A DNA stretch of 64,000 nt from NCBI RefSeq assembly GCF_009914755.1, contig NC_060929.1, one strand, 5' to 3'. Below the pieces are notes generated by a model. It had not been told where the DNA came from, did not search any database, and was given only the letters and a program-made list of their open reading frames with translations. Positions 14,836 to 29,590 of this stretch are shown piece by piece (position 1 is the stretch's first letter; the number at the start of each line of letters is the position of its first letter). The stretch comes from the human T2T-CHM13v2.0 reference genome, Homo sapiens. A program made the position numbers and the translations under genes.

Positions 14836-15065
14836 AACTAAGACCTTACAATAATAAATGTCTACAACCATAAATAATTCCAAACCCAGCCAAAGGCCTA
14901 CTTATTTCCAACAAGAATTGGTTTTGCATAATGCCCTAGCAAGGGAAGAATTGGTGCTGGTCACTGGAGTTGGCTTAAAGACGTTTAAGGGACATGTCTA
15001 GGACAGTGGGCTACCCAGTCTGCTCAGGACCTCACTGCATGTGCACTCCAAGATTAGCAAGGACG

Positions 15066-15690
<625 letters not shown>

Positions 15691-15807
15691 CAAGATTAGT
15701 GAGGTATAGCAGGCATGGAAAGTTGAGAAAAAAAGACAAAAATACACAAATCTGCAAATAGAAATGAATACATACAGGAAATGATGAATAAATTTGGCTC
15801 CATTAAA

Positions 15808-15810
15808 ACA

Positions 15811-15851
<41 letters not shown>
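15808..15851. repeat. (CA)n microsatellite
   Basis: Directly visible. Confidence 0.95.
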
Positions 15852-15853
<2 letters not shown>

Positions 15854-15864
15854 CTGTACCAGAA

Positions 15865-16680
15865 AATACATTATTCACAAAGTTAAAAAACAAGGCAAAG
15901 CCTGCGGGAAAATTTTAGCAATGCATATAAATGACTATGGATTATTACCTAGAACATAAGGTAATGGCTCCTAAACCTCCCCTCCAAAAAAAGAAAAATC
16001 AAGAAAAATATGAATAGGCAATTTACATATGAGAAAATACAAATAAACTTAAGAAACCATGCTGAGTCTCACTGATATTCATGGAAAAAATTAAAACAAT
16101 AATATGTATACCCATCAGATTGGCAATAATTTAAACATTTGATACTATTTTGATATGGCCAGGGTGTGAGGAAACGGGTATGCTCACACAATCCCAGTGG
16201 AAATGTATGTTAGTATAGCCACTTTGGAGACCAATCTGGTAGTGTCTAAAACAAAATTAAAAATTTTGCATAGCACCTGACCCAGCAGTTTCACTTGTCA
16301 GTAACTATTCCCAAAATATACTCATCCTTATCCACAAGGAGGCATGCCCAAGATGTTCACAGCTTGTAACAATAAAAGACAGGAAACAATCAAGATATCC
16401 AACAACAGGGAATTACTGAATATGCTTTAGAATACTGTGCCACATTAAAAAGAAAAAGACACTGAATGGATAGGTCTTCAAGATACATTATTGAGCAAAG
16501 AAGGAAGATTGCAGAGCCTGAAAATATGACACTATTAATGAAAACAGAAAAGAAAGCAAAAGTAAACACTATATAGTATCTATGAGTGCATATGAGTAAG
16601 TGCATAACAAAAATATCTGGAAAGAAACACACCAACCGGTAATAGTGATTTAACTCTGGGAAGGAAGAGAGAAGACTAGG
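15865..16680 (+). mobile_element. Old L1 (L1M/L1ME) 3' fragment
   Basis: aataggcaatttaca, catcagattggcaa, tagccactttggag, gacccagcagtttcactt, gatttaactctggg blocks. Confidence 0.65.
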
Positions 16681-18169
16681 GGTGATTTTACTTTTCCAAG
16701 GAGAATTTATTCACGTTGTCACTGGAGTGTTTGGACATAAATTATTCAAGAATACTAAAATCAGTTATAAAAATTATAAAGAGATTGACACAAGAATATG
16801 GGCTGGTTGTGGTCCGAGGGCGTTGCTGAGCTTGATGAGAGGGAAGAATACCAGCGTGGGTCATCAGGAGTGCTCTGCAGAGGGGTGGGACCTGAGGCCC
16901 AGGGGGGTCACTGAGGGAATGAAGGAACAGGAGGGGGAGTGAGCTACCTTAAACAGGATGTATTTGGAAAACACAAAAGGGTCCTGCCTCGCTGGGCTTT
17001 CCTAAAAATGACTGTATAATTTTTCTGATTGTTAAATAATCCATGCTTATTGTCCAAAAATTCAGTTGACACAGAAAAATGTAAAAAAGAATTAAATATC
17101 CCTCAGCAAGCCACCTCCTAGAGAGAATCGCCATAGACATTTAGGTGTATACACTTTCCATGACTGCTCAAGCACTGCCCATCAGCTAATGCCTGTCTCT
17201 GCACAGCCCTACGAACCGAATGACCAGCCCCAGGGCTCAACCAAGTCAGGGTGCAAGCAAAGCCTGTCTTCAACTGTATCCCTAATTAGGCTCCAGCCAG
17301 GAAGAAGCTGCCTGAGAATTCACAGGATTAGGGATGAAGGTGAAAATCTATCTTCTAGACAAGAATAAATGTCATTTCTTTTTTCATAAAGAGGAAGAAA
17401 TATTTATTCCTCAAAACTACATTTTACCCCCATTAAAACGTCCAGTTCATATTGCCAGTCAGCAAAAGGCCAATCTTCAGCACTGTCTCCTGGAGGGGAA
17501 GAGGACAGCTTTATGGTGACTCAGGGGATGGGCTGAACCTCCTGGACTTGTTCTCAAAGTTATCCCAAGCTTCTTTGCCAATAGTCCAAAAGCAGCTGAA
17601 TTTGAAATGCTTGGATGGAAAAGTGCTTTTCCTCATTCCCATTGATAACTACTGAGCCTTTTCTGGCCAGATGCTTGTCAACAAGAGATAAACGTGTGCA
17701 GTAGTTTAGGAGGGAGGGGGGGCAGTTGCTGAGATGTCCAGAATTGAGGCAGGCTCTGGAGCTGCTTGACAAGCCTACGTTTAGGGCAGACACCTCTCTC
17801 TCCTCCTTAGAAGGACAGAAGACCATTTGATGGTCATGGACCTGAGTCACGGTGCTCAGATAGAGCTCCATTTCTGAAGCCTGCACAATTGAGGACCATG
17901 TAAGGAGTTGGCTATAGTTTTCATCATGTGGTCAAAAGACAACTGAGACCTTACAACAATGAATGTCTGCAACCATAAATAATTCCAAGCCCAGCCAAAG
18001 GCCTACTTATTTCCAACAAGAATTGGTTTTGCATAATGCCCTAGCAAGGGAAGAATTGGTGCTGGTCACTGGAGTTGGCTTAAGGACACTTAAGGGACAT
18101 GTCTAGGACAGTGGCCTACCCAGTCTCCTCAGGACTTCACTGCATGTGCACTCAAGATTAGCAAAGATG

Positions 18170-18570
18170 TGCTGGGTGCAGTGACTCACCCCTGTAATCC
18201 CAGCCCCTTGGGAGGCCAAGACAGGAGGATCACTGAGGCCAGGAGTTTGACACCAGCCTGGTCAACATAGCAAGACCTCATCTCTACAAAATATTTAAAA
18301 AATTAGCTGGGCTGGGCACAGTGGCTCCTGCCTGTAATCCCAGCACTTTGGGAGGCCGAGGTAGGTGGATCACTTGAGGCCAGGATATCAAGACCAGCCT
18401 GGCCAATATGGTGAAACCCTATCTCTACTAACCATACAAAAACTAGCTGGGCATGGTAGTGCATGCCTGTAATCCCAGCTACTCAGGTGGCTGAGACAAC
18501 AAGAATTGATTGAACCTGGGAGGTGGAGGTTCAAGCTGCAGTGAGCCAAGATAGCGTCACTGCATGCCAG
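18170..18570 (+). mobile_element. AluJ left arm plus truncated nested Alu (duplicate of 15066-15459)
   Basis: Same nested junction (aaaaaattagctgggctgggcacagtgg); ends abruptly at ccag 18570 with no tail. Confidence 0.88.
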
Positions 18571-19216
18571 GTTCTAACTTTCCTAGGTTCTAACTCAGCA
18601 CGGGTGGAGAAGATAGTGCCTTTTGTAGGAGCCCCATGTCCCTGCTGCTTTCCATCAAACACAGCCACAATGACTGAGGTCTGACAGTATGGACAGGATG
18701 ATGCCAGATTCTGGGGACACCAGGATGAATGAGACAGCATCCTCTACCTCAAGGAGCTTCTAATCTAGTGGCCCAGATAGAAATGAATGGCATGGACATT
18801 AATACAGATGAAATGACATAAGGCCATTGTAACTAAAGACCAGAAAAACAGCAAGATGGAAAAGGCTTATAGGAAGTCTACCAGTCTACAAAAGACGTTT
18901 GCATAAATAGATGGACTTAGCAGAGTTAATGTAGGTGTATGATTAGCAGTATGGGGCTCTTGTGCTCAGCCAGCCAAGCTGTCACTTGGTTTATTATGGG
19001 GTTTATTCACTGTTTCCACAGCATTAACCCCACCTCCTGGCTTCTTTCTACTTCTTTCCTCTGGACCAAGTTTCAAGTCCCATCTATTGGGTTCTCTCTT
19101 CTCATCCTGACTGATCCTAGACATGTCCAAAGACATCCTTGGGTGTTGGGTCAAGATGTAGTGTCTCTTCACCAAGTTGAATGATGTGTTGGGTGAAGAT
19201 GTGCATAAGAATTATT

Positions 19217-19521
<305 letters not shown>

Positions 19522-21013
19522 TTATTGATTGAGGGTAAAGAAGATCTACCCCTTACCTGATGAAGAGAACCTGCAGGATCCCTTTTCACTATGGTGACAT
19601 CCCATGGTAGCTTCACATTTGGCCTCTGCTGGTGAGTAGAGGGGTCAGGGTGGGTGCATTGAAGTTCTTCAGTCCTATCCTTGCTCCCCTTCTTCTTAGC
19701 TACACTGGGAGTCACTACCCTGCTACCTGTTTCCTCCACCATATTTCCTAATTTAGGCCTTAGCTTGAGTCTGTTCCCAGGTTTGAGCAGCCCTGAATAG
19801 TCTCTGTCTTTTGAATCCCTCAGAAACAGTGTTGGGTGGGACTCAGGTTATGATGTTGCCCTGCCTAACCTTGGAATTGTAGGCCTGGATCAATGGCATG
19901 TGGTGATTAAAATGACCCTCTGCATGTCCTCAGCTGTGCCTGGCACCAGAGCCCTCATTTCAGTCCTGGGCTTGAAGCTTCTTTGGAAGCCCACAAAGAC
20001 TCTTCCCTTCAGAACTGTGAATAATTCTTGATTTCATGCTTGTCCTCAAAAGAACTCAGCTCCCAATTGTCAATGTGTCATAGGCTCCAATTTTAGTTAT
20101 TTTGTTAAAACTTTTTTTTCCCAAGAATTTGAAGACTTTTTCTGGGGGATCCTCCCCCAGAGTCCTCTGAAAATATTAGCTCCTTGGCCCCTTTCCCCAT
20201 CAAGCTTCGTATAGGCTGTCAGATGCAGGGACTCCATGGAAAGTTTTTGGAATGACCTCTAATTCTCTGACCTTGGAAGAAAAAAGATCCAGCGAGCAAT
20301 TTCACAATGCCTCCGCGGAGACTGCAGCCCTTGATTCAAGGAAGGTGCCCTCAGTAGAGACGAGAAAGATCCCCCCAGAATCCCTCAAGCTGTGGCCATT
20401 CCTCCTCTAGCCCCTCTCCTGTTCACCCCTCACTACCCACCACCCTTCCACCCAACTGGAGAGAGGGAAGGGTCTATGGTCCACAATTATGAGGTTCCAT
20501 CCATGGCCCACGGCCCACTGCATGCTAGAGGTTACTGGACTTTAGTGCTCCATAGAAACCTCCAACTCAAAAAGCACTTTGGCCAGTCAGCATACGTTTT
20601 ATCTTCCTGGGGTTGCAACACCCAGTTTTCTTAGGGAACCACCTTTCTTCCCATTATGCGTGGCTGGGAAAAAAATGTCAACCAGTGAGCCCTTATCTAC
20701 CTTCCCCAAGGGGTGGCATGTGATGCGGGCTAGACCAGTTAGATTGGGAATGTTAATGAGGAAAATGAGGAGTGGGGAGGCAATGGGAGCTCATTCCTTC
20801 CAGAGGGGCCCACCACTGTCCCCCAACAGACCACTGATGATAAATCCTGTCAACTGGACCCTGATGCTGTCCTGGTTCTGGTCCTTTTTCAAACCCAGTT
20901 TTCCAGTCTTCCCTTCAATTCTGTGAAGTACTAAATATTATAGGAATCTATCATTGATCTCTTGTTTTTGGTTTTGTTTTGTTTTTTTTTTTTTTTTTGG
21001 CTTAAGTTTATAA

Positions 21014-21358
<345 letters not shown>

Positions 21359-22248
21359 AACCAAAGCATTTTAACAAAGGATTTCTCTGATTCCACCCTT
21401 TCACTCCATGAGAAAACTGGAGGGCCAGATTAGGTCTTGCCTAGAATCACACAGCAGAAGAGAACAAAGCTAGAAAGAGCTCAACCCACCCAGTCTCTCT
21501 GTCTCTCTGGGGGTCTTCCTGCTTCACCAGGCTGCTCGTGTGTCTTTGGCAGTCAAGGCAAGGTTCAGACAGAGGAGCTCTGCCCCACCGTCACTGGGTG
21601 ATGGTGGCCTCATAGCTCTGGAAGTTTGTCTCTTCATCTCAAGTGCTGAAAGCTAAGGAGAATCTTCAGTGTCTCTGAGGTAATCCATTTTCTTCCTGCT
21701 GCTCTTTGAACCTGGGTTGCTAAGCGCTTCTTGAGAAAATAGCTCTGCACCAGACTCTGAGGGAAGATGTGAGGGGTCATGGCACAGGGGAAAATGCTGC
21801 CTTATTGCCTAGAGACACAGAGACAAACCTGGGCTTCCACCTCTGCCATTGATTGCTGTGTGGAAGTCCAGCCGCCATGATGGCTGGCCCCTCCCAGGAG
21901 CGAGGCCTTCAGGGTGATGGTGACACCTCACTCCTCTTACCTCTACGGGTCCTCATTTGTGTCCCCACCTCTCCATTTCCAGAGCCATCCTCTGAGCAGA
22001 GGCATGCACCATTTGTCACCTGGACATGTTTCAACAGCCTTCTCCCAGGCCTCCCTGCCTCCCATTCTTTCTTATTCCTTCCACACTCCCATGTTGGCAG
22101 GTGATTGGCAGGGCTGATCACACTGCACTCCCCAACCTCTCCAGCAATTAGAGGCTTCCCATGTCTGTGGAAGGAAGTCAAAGCTCGAAAGGTAAACAGA
22201 GCCTTCTTAACCCCTTCCATCTGGCCTTAATTTCCATTCTGTGATGCT

Positions 22249-22292
<44 letters not shown>
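22249..22292. repeat. (CT)n microsatellite
   Basis: Directly visible. Confidence 0.95.
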
Positions 22293-23114
22293 CACCCCTC
22301 CAGCTCTGCTTTCTGTCCTCCCTCAGCATACCATGTCCTTTTCACCCAGGCTGTGCTTAGCTCAACCCCCTCAGGATTCCCTGGGTTGAACCCTTTCCTT
22401 ATCTCCTCCTTTAGAGAGTCTTTCCTGTCTCATGAGTTGAGTCCACACTTCTTGCTTAAAGAATCTTCTGATCCCATCCTCCTCCTCCCATGTGTGTGGT
22501 CTCTCCCCTGGTGCTCCCCACAGTACTTTGCTAATGCTTGCATTTGTGCTAGTGTTCCCATTCTACTTTGCACGGTCATCAGTTGTTGGCATAAACTCTC
22601 TTTCAGGGGGTCGTAAGTACCTTGAAGACACAAACAAAAGATCTGTATCATCCCTGTGTCCCACCTGTAGTGTCTGGCATTTAATGCTCCATAAAACCGT
22701 GTTGAATTTTTCCATTCAACAAATATTTGTCAAATAGTGAGCAGTAGACATATCAACCTAGATTGAGTGCTAGCTCCCACCATTCTCTTCTCCCCCAAAT
22801 AGATGTTTCTCATTTTCCACCAACAAACCCTGATTCTCCTCTACCCACCAGCTTCCTTCTGCCCTATAGACTTACTCATTGCCTGCTCTCAACTTAAATC
22901 GTAACATTTTGTCACATTTGTGTCAGATGTTTTAAAGAAATAAAACATTATAGGTATAATTATTGCCCTCTGGGATGCCTTCTTGATCTCCTTCTTTTCT
23001 CTTCCTCCCAGAGATAACTACTCTTCTGAATTCAATATTTATTTACATATTGTACATATATTATCTTACACATGGTCAAGCCTATTGAACCAGAATCTTG
23101 AAGAGGACTGATGC

Positions 23115-23825
23115 TGAAACTGCCTCTGCAAAATTATAACTGAGGAAATATTGGCAGTGAAAGAAATCAGTCCTAACCAACTCCATCTTGCTTCTAACCT
23201 TCAAGCTGTCCTTCTTCATTCCTGTGCATAGGCCGAACTAACTTTGGGGAGAAATTCAGTTCATGGTTTGGCTCTGAAACAAAGCTGATAATAGCCCTAT
23301 CCTGAAAAGACGCCCTTCTTGCCTGGGGACCAGTCTGCCTTTGCAGGACTAACAAATTAGCTACAAGATTAGAAATTACAATTTAGGGGTCATGCAGCAA
23401 TCTGGCTCCAAGAGTTTGAACCTCCCCAAATTGCTCCTGGGGATAACATCACTATTGTAAAGCCTAAGATCAGTGCTTGAGAAATTTTGCAGACCCGGTA
23501 CTCGATGGATCAGCTGACACCAACCAGATCGGTAATCTGGCCCAATCAGTGCTGCCATAGCACCTAGGAACAGAAGACATTAAGAAAACCTAACTTCGAC
23601 CCCCTAACCTGAACAATCAGCTCTTCCTAAGCCCCTATCCACCAAATTATCTTTAAAAACTCTGATCCCTGAATGCTTGGGAAGACTGATTTGAGTAATA
23701 ATAAAATTCCGGTCTCCTACACAGCCGGCTCTGTGTGAATTACTCTTTCTCCATTGCAATTCACCTGTCTTGATAAATCAGCTCTATGTAGGCAGCGGGC
23801 AAGGTGAACCCATTGGGCAGTTACA
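23115..23825 (+). mobile_element. ERV1 solo LTR, LTR8
   Basis: TGAAACTGCCTCTGCAAAATTAT start, GGCAAGGTGAACCCATTGGGCAGTTACA end; 4-bp TSD atgc/gtgc. Confidence 0.85.
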
Positions 23826-24557
23826 GTGCTTCGGCAAATAAATAAAATGTGGGTGTTTACAACTGTGGTGTAGCAAGAAATCCCTGTATGACAATACATT
23901 GGCCCCCAGTCAGTGTATGAAAGCCAGTGGGCCCACAGGTAAGAGATCCTACTGTCAGGGATTTCTTCACTCCATGAGGGCTGTTGAGACCACAGAGCTT
24001 CGGGCATGCGTCCCTGAGGAGCAAGGGAGGTCCGAGCAAGATGACTCCCCACTCTCACCTCCACACGGGTCCAGCAGTAAACCAATGTGGGAGTCATCCC
24101 AGCCAGCCCTCCAGAGCCAGCCTGGACCAGTCTTTGTAGTGTGGTCTAGCTCATTGTGTATCCTTAATCTCAATATAGTGGATTAAGTTTGCATATTTTC
24201 AAATTTTATATAAACAGTGTGCTATTATTGTATGTATCACTCTGCAGCTTGCTTTTTTTTTTTTTGCTCAACTTTGTTTTGAAAGCTTATAACCATGTTA
24301 AATCTTAAAAAAGTATTCCAGTGTATGTATATAGAAAAATTTGTAGCATATTTTCCTAGTGAAAATTGCCCACTTTTTAAATTCTGACAAACAATCCTGC
24401 AGGGAATGTACTTGTGTGTGTCTCTCTGTTGGTATGTCTGGGTGTTTCTCTCTTCTCACTTTATGCTCTATGACAATCTGCTGGGTGTATGAAGTGCTAT
24501 CTTCTTGTGGATGTAAGTTATGTCGTTTTATCACTAGAAAGAGTTGGACCATTGAGG

Positions 24558-24755
24558 CAGGGGACAGCAAACTTTTTCTGTAAAGGGCCAGATGGTAAAT
24601 ATTTTAGACCATACAGCCTCTGTCGCAATACTTGACCCTGCCCTAGCACCAGAGAAAGAAGCCACAGACAATACGTAAGCTAATGGGCATGTTCCAATAA
24701 AGTATTATTTACCCAAATAGGCAGCCAACCAGCAGGCTATGGTTGTCCAGCCCTG
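24558..24755 (+). mobile_element. MER58A-like hAT-Charlie MITE
   Basis: cagggg..agcaaactttttctgtaaagggccagatggtaaatattttag ... ccctg terminal inverted repeats. Confidence 0.75.
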
Positions 24756-27700
24756 TTCAAGATGAGCTATCTGAAAAACAAACAATAGAAAAATAGGCAA
24801 GATCTTAACAAGCAACATGAAGAAGGTAATGCCCAAATGGCCAGTACATATACAAACAGTTCAGCCTCCCTAGTCATCAGGGAGTTCGTGATCAATTTCC
24901 TTCCTAACACAGCCCCAGAGAGCCTTCAGGTACCTCTCCTAGAGTGTCAAGAGGCATCTGTGTAAAGGAGACCAACGATCAGAGCATCCTGAAGCAGCTC
25001 TCCCCGCCTGGAATGAGGGGGACAGGCCCTGCCTCTTCTCTATTTACACCAAAAGTGTCCTGGACCCTCCTTGGCACCCTGAGATGCACGTAAAAAATGC
25101 ATCCCCTGCCGTTGAACAAGTGGAGGGGGCAAGGACAGCATCTGGTGAAGTCGTTGATAAGAGACAGAGATCATTTCCAGACTATCCTTCTTGAAGGTTA
25201 AATTCTTTCTTTGTGAAGGGAGAATAGGACAATGGGATCACAGAGCAGAGGCAAAGAGATTTCCAGAGGCCTTTTTGCTTGGTCAGTTGAAATACGTTTC
25301 CTCTGAACACTGCTGATAGCATACATTTTCAATGACTCCAGCTTAAGGAGAGTTTACCATTTGAAAACCATCCCACAACCTTGAAGTGTGATCAGAAGGG
25401 AAACTAATAGCTGCAGAGTTTGCAAAACATTCCGTCTTCCCTGGATTAAGTTTGCAACCTGGGAAAACACAAGGAACAGATGGTTCGTGATCTGCATTTA
25501 ACAACCTGAGAGGAGCTGAATTTCTGCCCATGACAAACTAATGGAGGAAGCCTGTGCACTGCCCCACTGGGTGGCTAGGAGGGCCCTGATTATGTGGGTC
25601 CTAAAGTCAGGGAGGACCCCAAGAATCGGGGCTTTACAATTTTAAATACAAGGTTATCTCGCCAGTTGGACAAAACTAGTCCTGCTCTATCCAGGATGAA
25701 GGTTTCATTACTGCAAATGTCAAACAATTCTTAGCTGGGTGACATGGCAGATGCCGGGGGCCACATCTGACTTAAGATTTGCACATAGGCCACTCTTTTC
25801 CCCCAGGGAACCCCAAACCATATGCCATTCCAGAAATCACCACTGTGAGACGATCCTCTAATCCTCACCCCCTCCCCATACTGCAAACTGAGCACGGGAA
25901 CAAACTGCCTGAAAAACATCCATCTGCTGACTCCACAGCAAAGGCCTCAGGGAGATGAACCAGCCAGGGCTTCAGTTCTCTGTGTTACTTAAATCTGATT
26001 CCCTAATTAGTTACTCTAGTCAAAATTCCCTGATACACAACATTTACTGTATGACATCATTTCAATTCACTGCAAAAGGCAATAGAAGGATATGCATGCT
26101 GTAGCCCTGACAACTTCTTCTAAATAAATGTCTTCCTCGGGAACTGTTTTCCTTAAACCATTTGACCCAAGTCATGCCTAAGATCTCATCAGAATGTAGG
26201 AATAAAAGGTGTCAAAGCACTAGTACTAACTTGGATTACACAGGCTTTTATCCATTCCTGACTTGCCCCAAATTAGTGTCCCACAACCGGTACTGACATT
26301 CCCCAGAGGTGACTCACTCATGCTCCCAAACAAGTCCTTTTCTACTCCTGGCATGACTACCATGCCTGCCAGGCACCCACCGTCTCTCACTGGGTAGCAT
26401 CTCAGCCATGGCCCCACTCTGCCAGGGGTGCACAGTCATACACATCCCGCCAGGCCCCATGGGCATAGTGGTTCCCTGCTGACTCTTCAGGGGATACACA
26501 TGCCCAGACACACCCAGCCTGGGCCCTTCACAGTACTGAGCAGTGATTAGCCCATTCCCTGACTCTGTGTCTCACTCTACTTCTTGTACTAAAGTAACGC
26601 CACTTGCACGCTCACGTCTCACTGACCCTTTCATAAAAACATCTCCTTCGGCACGTAAGATATGGCTGACACCATAGGGTCACCACTGTACAGCCCCTTT
26701 TCCATTCTCTCTCTCCCGCATCCCACATCAGCTCTCCAACCTGCCCAGGGGCCACCATCAGAAGCCCTCCTGCAAACTACCTCATACAAAGTGATGCCCC
26801 CCAGGGCTGCATCCCAGCTCAAGATGCACCCACATTTGCCAGAACATCTACTTGAGCTCAAGGTGAAATACTCATGTCACTTATGGAAATTGAACCAGCA
26901 AAAGCTCACTAAACTGAAACAAAAGGTTGTCTGAACTACTAAAGCCTAAATCTCATAATTTTAAAGAAATATATTCACTCATGTATTCACCAGCAAAACA
27001 TTATTGTGCATTTGCTGCCAGGAGGACAGATGCATAGCAAAGCACGTCTTCACTCTCACGCTCCTGTGGCCAACACTGCTAGTCAATCAGTGACTTTCCC
27101 ACTGAGTCTAGGTCAGACAGGGTCTTTCTCAAGATAGCATTCCAGGCAACTACTACCTAATCATAGGAATTGGCCTGTGAAATACAACCAATTTGCTACT
27201 CCTAATCAACCACACATTGATGATATTAGATCCTGGAGATATCAAGATGAGTAAAAATATGAGGCCAACTTTGAGCAACAGCTGGGTAGCCAGACACATG
27301 GCATCTAACAATCGATACAGAGTTTGAGGGAGAGGGACTTTGGTAGCCAGGGGAGGCTTCACTGAGGAAGGAATAGCCACACACACAAAAACAATAAACT
27401 AGCACAGTGGAAAGGAGGAAGTAGGGCAGTCCAGGCAGACAGCAGCATGATCAAAAGCAAGCGGACATGAATGTCTATGGTGTGTTGGGGAAAGTCTCGG
27501 GGAGACAGATTGTGGCACCAGAAGGGGAGGTGGGAAATGCAGGCTGGATCCAAACTTTGAAGGGCCTAAGGAGGGAGAATATCAATCAGAAGACGACGAG
27601 GAGACAATTGGATGTTCCTGAAAAGGGTAGTGATCAGATCAGAGCTGAGTCTTAAAAAATTATTTCTATTATCATAATGGATAGTAGATTATAAAGACAT

Positions 27701-27768
27701 GTAACTGGAGCCAGGAGACCCAATCAGGAAGCTAAGTTGATAGGCTAGGGCTTCAGTTAATATGTATC

Positions 27769-27806
27769 GAATGAATGAATGAATGAATGAATGAATGAAT
27801 GAATGA
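27769..27806. repeat. (GAAT)n microsatellite (L2 tail-like)
   Basis: Directly visible. Confidence 0.95.
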
Positions 27807-28532
27807 GGGAGGCAGGGGGTGAGCCAGCAGGGATCCAGCCCCCAGCCCTACTCCAACTAAAGCAGCTCTCTTTTATTTATAATCTGGAGTTTCTTATAGA
27901 TTTTCTTTGAAGAAAGTATTCTGTAATTTTTTAAAAAGAAGTCTGAAAACCATGCTTTGACCGGGAGAGAGGAGGGCCTGGCTGAAGGCAGCACCCATGA
28001 GAGAACCGGGACTGAAGGTGTTTACAAGAGATTTCCAGGAGCACACAAAGGAGGTGGTGACTAACAGAAGGCGAACATGGGCTCGTTTTATTTCTTTTAT
28101 TTTTTACTCTCAAGACCAGAATAACACAAACAAGAGTGCTAAATAAAATCTACCCAAATCTGTCTCAAAAACATTTGCATTTTTTAATGCAAATTTATAG
28201 TTAAGCATTATTTTAAAGAACATATTGTTAAGTAGATTGAACATTTCCTTGTAAATTGGTTGTTAGTTTTGATTTGCTTGGTTGACCCCCACAACCTCTA
28301 CCCATACCTCAGGAGATAGTAGTTCCCAACAGAATTATTAGTCTCTACCTGAAATAGCCTATATATCTTATTAGAACCAATTAATAAACTCTAAGAGGGG
28401 TATTCTCGGCTCACCCAGAATTTGTCTTCTAAATCATTAGAGAAAGTTAACAATTCCAATCACTTCCTCTTTTGGGACATTTAATTCATAAGTGAGCCAT
28501 ATGCTTCCATACACCAATGCTAAAAAGACGAG

Positions 28533-28886
28533 TGTCACAGAATGAATGTTTGTGTCCCCCCCAAATTCCTATGTTGAAATCCTAACCCCCAGTGCAATGG
28601 TATTAGCAAGTTGAACCTTTGGGAGTTAATTAGGTCGTGAGGGTGGAGTCCTCATGAATGGGATTAGTGCTCTCACAAAAGGGATCCCTGAGAGATCCCT
28701 CTGCTCTTCACCATGTGAGGATACAAAGACAGCCTCTGTCAACCAAGAAGTGGGTCCTCACCAGACACCAGATCTGCCAACACGTTGCTCTTGGACTTCC
28801 CAGCCTCCAACACTGTGAGAAATAAATTTCTGTTGTTTAAGCCACCCAGTCTGTGGTATTCTGTTACAGCAGCCTGAACTAAAACA
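28533..28886 (+). mobile_element. MaLR solo LTR, MLT1A/MLT1A0-like
   Basis: tgaatgtttgtgtccccccaaattcctatgttgaaatcctaaccccca...ttggacttcccagcctcc...gagaaataaatttctgttgtttaagccacccagtc. Confidence 0.85.
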
Positions 28887-29162
28887 ACTAGGGACATCCA
28901 ATTCCCATCCGCTTCCTCAGTTCCCTTTCACCCCTTACAAAGCCCCAAGGAATGAACACTACAGCAAATTCCTTTCCCCCACTCATCAGAGAAATGGGCA
29001 GGTGTTGAGCAGTGGTTCTCAGAACTGGCATTCTCAAAATTTTGGAATGCAGTTCTGTGGACCAGCCATATAGGTTTGCCACTATGTTATTTTTTCCAAG
29101 AAAGAATACCAAGAAAACAAATAGCATTTACTACAATCTTTTCCAAAAAGACAATTCAGCAC

Positions 29163-29590
29163 TGTTAAAGTGAACTAAATATGGCCTGAGAAGGACTCCA
29201 TACTTCTATATTTGAATCCTCGTGGACGAACTGCAACCTAGCTTAGTAGGTAGACAAGATTGAAAACCTAACTCAAGAGTATGGGCCTGTAACCATAGCT
29301 AAGCGTTGGCCAATCCCAGCAGCCATACTTCAACCATTTATACACTGCTGAGTGTTCAAACTGTATTCAAATAAGGCAAACGCTGAGCTGTAACCAATGC
29401 AGTCATTCTGTACCTCACTTCCGATTTCTGGACGTCATTTCCCCTTTTTTGTCTATAAATCTTCCAACACGCAGCTGTGCTGGAGTCTCTGTGAATCCGC
29501 CGTGATTTTGGGGGCTGCCCGATTCATGAATCATTCATTGCTCAATTAAACTTCTTTACATTTAATTCAGCTGAAGTTTTTATTTTATCA
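29163..29590 (+). mobile_element. ERV1 solo LTR, MER57-like
   Basis: tgttaaagtgaactaaatatggcctgagaaggactcc ... aaataaggcaaacgctgagctgtaaccaat ... ctcaattaaac; TSD gcac/acac. Confidence 0.8.
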
